From assembly GCF_006345805.1 (NCBI RefSeq), contig NC_043004.1, positions 57,846,001 through 57,910,000 on the forward strand: a stretch of 64,000 nucleotides of DNA, read 5' to 3'. The stretch comes from Octopus sinensis (lineage: Eukaryota). Below are positions 53,980 through 64,000 of the stretch, one piece after another; the first letter of the stretch is position 1, and the number at the start of each line of letters is the position of its first letter. Below the pieces are notes generated by a model. It had not been told where the DNA came from, did no database searches, and saw nothing but the letters and a program-made list of their open reading frames with translations. The translations under genes were made by a program, and so were the position numbers.

Positions 53980-54420
53980 GTATAAGAAAAAGAAGAAAAT
54001 AGAGAAATTGACATAGAGACATCAATTTATTGAATCAATTCCGAATTCGAACAATATCAAACTCGTAGAACCTACAATTGTTTCCATATCGAATCAATTA
54101 ATTCAAATTGGGAAAATTAAAGATTTATATTGGATTATAGTTAATTGAACATTTCGTCAGGTGAATTTAACGCTGTGTCTAGCAATGATATATCAACACA
54201 TTGGGGTGTAGTTCCTTTTACTATCAAGTTCTGACCCCGACGAAATGTTCAGTTAGCTAGGATTCAATAGGAATCTTTAATTTAAATTTTCTAATTTGAA
54301 TTAATTGATTCGACACGGAAACAATTGTAGGTTCTACGAGTTTGATATTGTTCGAATTCGGAATTGTTTCAATAAATTGCTGTCTATATGCCAATCTCTC
54401 CATTTTCTTCTTCTTATATA
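53980..54420. mobile_element. Diverged palindrome with degenerate hammerheads in both arms
   Basis: Inverted arms; GAAA-CAATTG-TA-GGTT in both; CTGACGA in the left arm (minus), GACC-CCGACGA in the right arm. Confidence 0.6.
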
Positions 54421-54425
54421 TATAG

Positions 54426-54479
<54 letters not shown>

Positions 54480-54676
54480 CGAGAACAGTTCTTGGCTTTA
54501 AGGTGTCACGAAAGTCCTACTTGGAGGCCCAAACGTCCGAGCTCTTTTAACGGGGCTTATAAAAGCTGACGGACTGCTTCAATAGGTCTATGAATCTGAT
54601 AGCGGAACATGTTGAATAAAATTATAATTAAGTGATCTTCCAGCATATTCTTTTACCCAAAGCCAGAAACATAATT

Positions 54677-54805
54677 AGGTAGGTAGGTAGGTAGGTACGT
54701 AGGTAGGTACGTAGGTACGTAGGTAGGTACGTAGATAGGTAGGTAGGTAGGTAGGTAGGTAGGTAGGTAGGTAGGTAGGTAGGTAGGTAGGTAGGTAGGT
54801 AGGTG
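54677..54805 (+). repeat. (GGTA)n microsatellite
   Basis: Direct inspection. Confidence 0.95.
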
Positions 54806-55162
54806 GGTTTGTGGATGGATGGATCATATATAAATCGCAATTATACTGTTGCAGTGAAAATGGTGCAGCCCTTCCCACATAACAAAGTGGTGTGACTCAC
54901 GTATAATAAAACGCGGAATACCGCCACAACATTTTAGTGACGACAAGAATGTTACAGTACCAACAACATACACTATAACATACACTTTATTCTTTTTCTG
55001 TTGGATATAGTTTAAATGAAAATCTTAAATTCGATCGTATGAAGAATTTGCATAGTTTCTCCAGACATATTCATGTCTCTCTTCAAGGTGGATGGAAATG
55101 ATTGAAACAAGCGTCCATAACCTTTTGAGTTTTATTGGGCATTTATATACGTTCATTTATAA

Positions 55163-55570
55163 AGGCGCAGGAGTGGCTGTGTGGTAAGTAGCGCAGGAGT
55201 GGCTGTGTGGTTCAGTCCCACTACGTGGCATCTTGGGCAAGTGTCTTCTGCAATAGCCCCGGGCCGACCAATGCCTTGTGAGTGGATTTGGTAGACGGAA
55301 ACTGAAAGAAGCCTGTCGTATATATGTATATATATATGTGTGTGTATGTTTGTGTGTCTGTGTTTGTCCCCCTAGCATCGCTTGACAACCGATGCTGGTG
55401 TGTTTACGTCTCCGTAACCTAGCGGTTCGGCAAAAGAGACCGATAGAATAAGTACTGGGTTTACAAAGAATAAGTTCTGGGGTCGATTTGCTAGACTAGA
55501 AAGGCGGTGCTCGAGCATGGCCGCAGTCACATGACTGAAACAAGTAAAAGAGTAAAACAGAGTAAAGAGA
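55163..55570 (+). mobile_element. SINE family A with rearranged head
   Basis: GCGCAGGAGTGGCTGTGTGG duplicated. Confidence 0.9.
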
Positions 55571-55983
55571 GTTCTCTAGTCTACTGGCCTTTTAACTTAG
55601 TTCAAATCTATTTCCACAAATTTTATTTTGAATAACATATTCCGATAAAAGTATTTGTACGACATTCAATATCCTCCGCTGAAGAAGTTTAACAATAAAT
55701 ATTTCCTTTCTAAAATGCTATAGTGACATTTCTTAACTTAGCATCGAAACAAGGATTAATTCACTTCCTGTATTTAGCAGACAATTTGTTCCATAATACT
55801 TACAACTCAATAGGAAATATATTGAAATATTTCAAACATAATACAATAGAAAACGTACCCGGGAACAGAAATACGTATATGTGCGTTTCCTTATATAATC
55901 TTGTAGGAACGTTTATATATTTTTAGCATATGAAACTTTTTCTAAAGATCTTACTTATGTGTGTGTGTATTATGTATGCGTGT

Positions 55984-56026
<43 letters not shown>

Positions 56027-56099
56027 ATAGGTATATGTATTTATACACGCCTTTCCAGTGATAATGCTTTGTATGTATGTGTATGTGTATATACTAAAT

Positions 56100-56784
56100 A
56101 TAAAATAGTGTACAGTTAAACACAAGAGAAAACTACCCTTTAACAGGTAATTTTTACACGCTAGAAGAAGCAGTCAAAACGACCAAAATCACATTTAATA
56201 GCAATTTTATATACCCTATATATGTATCTTACGTATATATATATATATATATATATATCTATATATATATATATTATATATATATATATATATGTGCGTG
56301 TATGTATGTATCTTACGTATATATATATATATATATTCAAACTGAGGGAGTGCAACAAGTAAAATTCAGGCCACATATGTCTCCTAACTAGCGAATCTTC
56401 TAATGAAATAATTAATCAACGAGAGGTTGCCAGCTAGCTATTCACTAGACCGAGGATACCTTAATTATATGAAGATCACATTGTCGTTAAGGAATCCCAA
56501 GTTAACTCGCCGAAGATATAATTTAAAATTATATCTCCGGTGAGTTAACTCGCAATTCATTAACGACAATCCTAGTGTGCATACATTTTTACATTTCCTG
56601 ATTGAAAAACGCATTTACATGGTCATATATTACACTGACGAACTGTATGAATGCTTAGTAATCTTTACAAATGGATTAGACTATCTATTTGATATCACCT
56701 ACTCATCAATTTTCATTGGAATCGGGTTGATTATACTATTTTATTTCTTCTATTTTAATTATAATGCTGATCGATATCTTTTTA

Positions 56785-56829
<45 letters not shown>

Positions 56830-56863
56830 ATATATTATATATAATATATATATCTATATATAT

Positions 56864-56898
<35 letters not shown>

Positions 56899-56910
56899 TA
56901 TAATATATAT

Positions 56911-56953
<43 letters not shown>

Positions 56954-57240
56954 AGGGTAGCGAATATTCTTAGAAATTTCACCACCAGTGGCCTAGCATG
57001 AATAGAAAGTCAATAGACAACATATTCTCAATATAAAATAGAAACTACCTTTAACAGGTAATTTTTACATGTTAGAAGAAGCAGTCAAAAAATAACAAGG
57101 TAAAAGTTTTTAGTTTTCATTCCCTTCGAAAATTGCTCTTAAATGTGGATTTTGTCATATTGACTGCTTCTTCTAGCATGTAAAAATTGCCTGTTAAAGG
57201 TAGTTTTCGCTTGTGTTTAAATGTACACTATTTTAAAACA
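56100..57240. repeat. Dispersed inverted repeats (56100-56210 vs 57130-57240; hairpin 57040-57210) and hairpin ~56481-56570
   Basis: AACTACC(C/T)TTAACAGGTAATTTTTACA..GCAGTCAA present twice forward and once inverted. Confidence 0.7.
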
Positions 57241-57310
57241 AACCTTCTGTATTTTTTCCACTTTTTACCATTTTCTATATATTCAACCACGTGCTTTCAC
57301 ACACCAACTT

Positions 57311-57344
<34 letters not shown>

Positions 57345-57351
<7 letters not shown>

Positions 57352-58225
57352 CAAAAATGTTCAGAAGCGAATATCTATATAGATATTGATATTGAACAAC
57401 AATATTAATGTAGTTCGTTGCAGGCCTAAATCAGCATTATATGGCTATAGAATTAAAATTACATTAATCAAAGGACACATTAAAGTGTCTAACCGCTAGA
57501 AATTAGAATTAAAACCCTCATTTGGACTACCAAAAATATTTACACTGAAAATAAACGATTCAACAGTATAGGGGCGAGCGAACCGAAAAGATCTCTCACA
57601 TACCTATATAGCATAAAGCTATATATTTAATGGAACAGGTATATATGTGGACCGGTTTCTAGTCTTATCTTCTTCAGCACATCTTAACCCTTTGAAACAT
57701 CTTCCCAGTCCACCACGTTGAAATCTGACCTTAATTGCTTAGCGCCAAATTGTGGACAGCCTCAGTGTGAAAAGGACTAATCAGCAGCAAAAATATTCAG
57801 AAGCGAATATTTATATAGATATTGATATTGTTATTACTATCGAAGGGAATACAAATAGTCAATAATAACAAAAATATCAATATAGGTGGTTGCAAGCCTA
57901 AAACATCATTATATAGCTATAGAATTAAAATTACATTTAAGGACGCGAACAGATTTCAACGTGGCGGACTGGGAAGATGTTTCAAAGGGTTTAAAATTGC
58001 TAAGGAAGGTAAGATCTTTGTATCAGACCACAAACCTGTCCACATATATACCTGTTCCATTAAATATATAGCTTAAAGCTATATGCGAGAGATTTTTTTC
58101 GGTTCGCTCGCACGCATATAATGTTATTTTCAGTGTAAATATTTTTACGCGGTACAAATGAGGGTTTTAACTCTTATTTCTAGCGGGTAGACACTTTAAT
58201 GCGTCCTTTGATTAATACGTGTATT
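57345..58225. mobile_element. PLE-type element with direct plus inverted terminal segments
   Basis: Inverted arms ~57460-57745 / ~57930-58220; direct repeat ~57345-57470 / ~57785-57940; (TA)n flanks. Confidence 0.7.
57645..57682 (-). ncRNA. Type I hammerhead motif, intact core, weak stem II
   Basis: ATGTG-CTGAAGA-AGATAAGACTA-GAAA-CCGG-TC-CACAT; ACCGGT palindrome, GUC triplet. Confidence 0.6.
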
Positions 58226-58243
58226 TTATATATGTATGTATAT

Positions 58244-58294
<51 letters not shown>

Positions 58295-59142
58295 CAAAGG
58301 AATTCCAAATCTGTCTGTTTTTTTTTAAATTTATATTCTTTACAATATTATGTAGAATATAGAATATATAATATAAATAGCATATATAGTAAAATGAAAT
58401 GAAGTATTGATTGCCTTATTGAATAGATGAAATATTGAATATCAAATATTAAGGGACTAGTGTACTTTCTTGTATTAAGGCAGTCTTCGAGGTCCGAGGT
58501 TGTGACAGGAGTGTTTCAACTGTTATATATATATATATATATACTCGCTGACGTACTCGATTATTCCCGGGAAAGCGGCGCTTATCCCTTGGTTCCGTTC
58601 TCATAATTGTTTCGCTAATCCAGTAACAACAATACCAAGTGTGTAGCCCTGAAAAGGGCTTTAATACGTTCCCAGAGTATATAGAACTTAGGAGGAAATA
58701 CTAATAAGGTTTGAATACGAAAATCGTGAAGTATGTTGCGTAATAAGAAGCTAATCACATATGAGATATCAATGCAAAGTAAATAACTCTGAAAAAGGCT
58801 TTTGTGCGTTTGCAGAGAATATTACCCCCAGCAGCGCTAGTGTTGCTATATGCGTGAAAAAGTCACTAACCAAAATAAGTGGATCTATTGTTTAGGAAAA
58901 TATTATTTACTTGTTTAAGCGTTATACTGGATGAATTGCGAAAATAACTCAAATAGTTTAAATAGTAAGAATTAAGCACACTCAGTTTGATTTATACAAA
59001 ATATTTTCGAACATGAATGGGTTATTTCCCTTGCCTATATATATAAGGATCCCTTTCAGGAGCGAATGGGTTATTTCCTTTGGATGTTTTAAAATAATAT
59101 ATTAGTTATATGTAGTAGATATGAGAATCCATTCCAAGGGCA

Positions 59143-59540
59143 GCGCAGGAGTAGCTGTGTAGTAACTAGCTTGCTTACCAACCACATGGTTCTGGGTTAA
59201 GTCCTACTGCATGGCACCTTGGGCAAATGTCTTCTACTATAGCATCGGGCCGACCAAAGCCCTGTGAGTGGATTTGGTAGACGGAAACTGAAAGAAGCCT
59301 GTCGTATATATATATGTATGTGTGTGTGTTTGTGTGTCTGTGTTTGTTCCCCTAGCATTGCTTGACAACCGATGCTGGTGTGTTTACGTCCCCGTCACTT
59401 AGGGTTCAGCAAAAGAGACCGATAGAATAAGTACTAGGCTTACAAAGAATAAGTCCTGGGGTCGATTTGCTCGACTAAAGGTGGTGCTCCAGCATGGACG
59501 CAGTCAAATGACTGAAACAAGCAAAAGAGTAAAAGAGAAT
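59143..59540 (+). mobile_element. SINE family A
   Basis: Full-length homology. Confidence 0.9.
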
Positions 59541-60011
59541 TTAAGTATGTCATTCGTTTTCTAGACGTGAGTTCTACTCACGTGTCAAGTTTCATCAAAA
59601 TCGATAAAACGATGAAATCGGAATTAGATAACAACGCCAAAAACAAACACACCTACAGATTTCCAGACATGTAGTGGATATGTGTGTGTGTGTAAATATA
59701 TATATATATATATGTATATGTATACATGTGTGTGTGTGCATATACATTCTGTTTTCTATTAAATTCTTCTGAGAAAGGAGCAGGTTTCAGAAAAAGATAC
59801 AAAACTCATACATTTTTATTGCTCCACTTGCAGATTGTATTTGTAATATGCGTGTCAGTTGGATGGGTTTTTTTCCAGAAGCCCCTAATTTATTGTCACC
59901 ATACCAGAAGACCCCTCCAGCTTTTCACCCTACCTTATCCACATTGGCATTTACACATAAAACCAAGTGCATAAATTATTATCGGTATAAATCTGAATTT
60001 ATGATCTGTAT

Positions 60012-60432
60012 AGGCGCAGGAGTGGCTGTGTGGTAAGTAGCTTGCTAACCAACCACACGGTTCCGGGTTCAGTCCCACTGCATGGCATCTTGGGCAAGTG
60101 TCTTCTGCTATAGCCCCGGGCCGACCAATGCCTTGTGAGTGGATTTGGTAGACGGTAACTGAAAGAAGCCTGTCGTATATATGTATATATATATATGTAT
60201 GTGTGTGTATGTGTTTGTGTGTCTGTGTTTGTCCCCCTACCATTGCTTGACAACCGATGCTGGTGTGTTTACGTCCCCGTCACTTAGGGTTCGGCAAAAA
60301 GAGACCGATAGAATAAGTACTGGGCTTACAAAAAGAATAAGTCCCGGAGTCGAGTTGCTCGACTAAAGGCGGTGCTCCAGCATGGCCGCAGTCAAATGAC
60401 TGAAACAAGTAAAAGAGTAAAAGAGTAAAAGA
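60012..60432 (+). mobile_element. SINE family A
   Basis: Full-length homology. Confidence 0.9.
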
Positions 60433-61012
60433 GTGTATATAGAAGTTGGAGGTTTTGAGACAGTCGTCCACAGTTATCCTCTTTCTCTATGATTTTCAAA
60501 GAGATATTCACACCAGCACGGCAGCTGATCTTTATGGCGGCACATACGTTTTCTTGTCTGTCCCAAACAATATCCGACATGTTATGTTTACACTTGAAAA
60601 ATGTTTTATTGGGAATATTCCACTAATATTCTTTGTGTCGATATTTGTGTATGTATTCAATATTAGTATTATTCCCGATATTTATTCCAGAACAGTTTTT
60701 TTTCTCACTTGCATTGTATATGGCATGTGTATTTTATATGCAATAATTATAACGCTCATATTTTGATTGCCTCACAGATATTGTGAAGAGTTGACCGCTC
60801 ACCCGAAAGATCCTAAATGTGTCGAAGTGTACATTAAAGATTGTCATAGAGGGTAAATTTCTGCACCGGCACATTTTAGAACAACCCTTATTGAGTAACA
60901 GAAGGGTCATTAATGACGACCCATATATGTATAGTTTATCTAGTCTCTACACCTTCACAATTCTAGATATGTGTGGATAGATATATGTATGTGTGAGTGT
61001 GTGCATTTATTT

Positions 61013-61044
<32 letters not shown>

Positions 61045-61047
<3 letters not shown>

Positions 61048-61165
61048 TGTGGCCATTGGGTAAAAATTTGCTACTCAATCACATGGGTCCGGTTTCAGTC
61101 CCACTGCGTAAAACTTTGGCCTCGGGCCGACCGAAGCCTTGTGAGTGGATTTGGGAGATGGAAAC
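61045..61165 (+). mobile_element. Deleted SINE family A head
   Basis: Partial homology. Confidence 0.6.
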
Positions 61166-61377
61166 ACATACGTACATATATATGTGTATGTATGTGTATA
61201 TGTGCATACATAAATAGTAGTGTTTATATGCCAACATAACATGGCAGTCGTGTAAAAGACGATTTAACTGTTGTTTTAGTGCCAGGAAAACATCCTTTCC
61301 AGCTGGCTTACGGAATATATATGTATGTATATATACATACATACATATATATATATGTATATATATATGTATATATG

Positions 61378-61426
<49 letters not shown>

Positions 61427-61703
61427 TTAATAAGGGTGAGAGAATTAGATACTAATTTAATAGTATGTCCATTCAACACCAAGTACCCAGTGCCTCGAGA
61501 AACCTGGATTATTATATTTTATAATATATTATAATATTATTTTATACAAAAATAAATATAAGAGAATGGTCACTATGTGGCTCATTCTAGCACTAGAAAA
61601 TCCAAAAGGTTTCAACCACAAAAATACATGTTTCACATGAAAGTCAGTACGATTGTTAGCTCACACGAACAGGGCAAATAAAAAATAACAAAAATACAGA
61701 TTA

Positions 61704-61784
61704 TTTTGGGACAATTGTTTCGCTATTAATGAATTAAATGTAATTTTACTTACAAAAAACCCACTTGTAGCTCCTCAGCCAAAA
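61704..61784 (-). ncRNA. Type I hammerhead ribozyme, intact (left arm)
   Basis: TTTTGG-CTGAGGA-GCTA..TAGC-GAAA-CAATTG-TC-CCAAAA; ACAATTGT palindrome, GUC triplet. Confidence 0.88.
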
Positions 61785-61917
61785 CTATCTGGATGAAATC
61801 CACTCAATCACACGCCAGATTTTACCATAACGATAAATACACGTGTGGTTCAATTGATTACATCCGACGTTATATGGTAAAATCTGGCGTGTGATTGAGT
61901 GGATTTCATCCAGATAG

Positions 61918-61998
61918 TTTTGTCTGAGGAGCTACAAGTGGGTTTTTTGTAAGTAAAATTACATTTAATTCATTAATAGCGAAACAATTGTCCCAAAA
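61918..61998 (+). ncRNA. Type I hammerhead (right arm; U.C mismatch at the base of stem I)
   Basis: TTTTGT-CTGAGGA-GCTA..TAGC-GAAA-CAATTG-TC-CCAAAA. Confidence 0.75.
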
Positions 61999-62159
61999 TA
62001 ATCTGTATTTTTTTTATTTTTTATTTGCCCTGTTCGTGTGAGCTAACAATCGTACTGACTTTCATGTGAAACATGTATTTTTGTGGTTGAAACCTTTTGG
62101 ATTTTCTAGTGCTAGAATGAGCCACATAGTGACCATTCTCTTATATTTATTTTTGTGTA

Positions 62160-62687
62160 TATATATATATATAGTATATATATATATATGATATATATAT
62201 ATGTATATATTATATATATATATATTATATATGTATATATATATATATGTAATATATATATACATATAATATATATATACATATATATATATATTAATAT
62301 ATATATATATAATATATGTATATATATGTATATATATGTATATATATAACATATATATATATGTATATATATATACATATATATATACATATACATATAT
62401 ATATACATATATATATATATGTATATATATGTATATATATGTATATATATGTATATATATATGTAATATATATATATATGTATATATATGTATATATATG
62501 TATAATATATATATATATATACATATATACATATATATACATATATATATATAATATATATACATATATATATATATATAACATATATATACATATATAT
62601 ATATATACATATATATACATATATAATACATATACATATACATATATATACATATAATATACATATATATACATATATATACATATA
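62160..62687. repeat. (TA)n compound microsatellite with strand switch at ~62510
   Basis: GTAT units, then ATAC units. Confidence 0.95.
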
Positions 62688-64000
62688 TGCAAATTCACCC
62701 ATTTACCTGGAACAAAACGCTCTATCCCCACAAACTACAACAGCCACCACCATAATACATACTCTATTACAACACCACCACAACCACCAATATCTCTAAC
62801 AAGGAATCCCCAAATCTGCCGCTATTCCCAGCGAGACAGATTGTGTTTGCACAGGGATTGTCCCTTTACCCATCTCCCGGGGACTCGTCGGACAAATGAA
62901 AATAAAAATAAAAATAAAAACCAAAAAACCTACGACTCATATAGAAATAACCACTCATATAAAGATAACCACAACCACAACCACAGTCACCTACAGTTCC
63001 CTAGACAGGAAACTTCTTCTTCCTCTTTTTTAGCTATAATGAATCTAGCAAAAGAACTGGAAAAAAACATCCGAGCTATCACCCACCACCATCCACCACT
63101 ATCACCCCACTGCACATTAAAAAGCAAACAAATAAGCAAAACACCAAAACAATTAAAACCAACCCCTCTCGCCTCAACATTTTTCCTTAATGCCCAAGGC
63201 ATCAGCCCTTCCACCAATACTCAAAAATGGAAGATAAAATTCCTGGAGGACTGAGTCGATGCTCATCCAAACCACATCCCTTTCTTCGTCCTCACTGAAA
63301 CGCATCTTAGTAACCTCCACTTGGAAGCCGAGGTGAAAGTTAAAAATTTCAAAGCCATTCGTGCTGATCGTGCTGGCAGAAGAAAGGGTAGGACTGCCAT
63401 TTATGTTCATGATTCATTCTCAACAGAAGCTATGAACATATTTTACAATGGATACTGCGAAGCAGTCGCTGTATTCAGTCAAACCAACAACTTAACAGTA
63501 GTTGGGCTCTACAGACCACCCCAAACGCCCCTACCATACTTCAAGGAATGCCTCAACAACATAAAGTGTTTCATTCAGCAGTGTCAACCTTCCCGGGGTT
63601 GACTGGTCTACAAACAGTCTGCCGCTAGGTTCTTCTCTCTCAACCCCTGACAGGGAGGCAGTGGAATCACTTCTTGACTTCATGGATGATTTCTTCCTGT
63701 CCCAACTAGTGCTCAAACCAACGAGATGTCACAAAAACGTCTTAGACTTAATATTCATCAATCACACTGATACTATCCACAATATTGCAGTGGAGAAAAC
63801 CCTACTCTCCGACCATGACATGGTTCTCTGTGATCTGAGATTTCACTGGCCAAAATGCAAAACAAATGTCATTCCTCCTGTTCATCCATTTGACACTATG
63901 GATTTCCACAATGCAAACTGGGAAGCGATCAATAATGATCTTGCACAAGTCGATTGGTCCTTCACGCACACATACACACCCACTAATATCAAAAACATCA
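62688..64000 (+). mobile_element. 5'-truncated LINE (CR1/L2-like): ORF1 C-terminus with CCCH fingers and APE endonuclease; runs off the window
   Basis: [11 protein letters not shown] and CRYSQRDRLCLHRDCPFTHLPGTRR; endonuclease motifs LNAQG, LTETH, RADR, GLYRPP, PTR, LDL, SDH. Confidence 0.88.
63150..64000 (+). pseudogene. LINE ORF2 endonuclease pseudogene
   Basis: In-frame TGA at 63252; frameshift near 63590 where the GDFN motif is missing; frame resumes PGVDW..LSDHDMV..DFHNANWEAI. Confidence 0.85.

Larger units (their letters stand above)
61545..62160. mobile_element. ~615-bp palindromic PLE-type element with a hammerhead in each arm
   Basis: Arms ~61545-61830 and ~61870-62160 nearly identical; ~35-nt spacer; (TA)n flanks. 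Confidence 0.85.

Overview
AT-rich, repeat-saturated animal DNA, most likely from an octopod cephalopod (judged from my recognition of the SINE families, not from a search). I found no recognisable host protein-coding exon; almost all supplied ORFs are microsatellite or SINE artefacts. The window holds about 30 copies of two tRNA-derived SINE families plus rarer SINEs, four decayed Tc1/mariner elements (one full-length Hsmar1-like), MITEs, a Helitron-like element, a 5'-truncated LINE at the right edge, kilobase (TA)n-rich arrays and a 100-N gap. The main hidden signal is about 20 type I hammerhead-ribozyme (HHR) motifs from roughly ten unrelated sequence families. They have the CUGANGA/GAAA/NUH core, covarying stems and mostly palindromic helix III, as in Penelope-like element (PLE) minimal hammerheads. 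They occur as head-to-head palindromes or solo units beside (TA)n tracts, and one family is a tRNA-headed SINE with an HHR tail. A strong polypyrimidine-AG|GTAAGT junction (candidate recursive splice site) suggests the window may be a very long + strand intron. All folds were done by eye and no activity is demonstrated.
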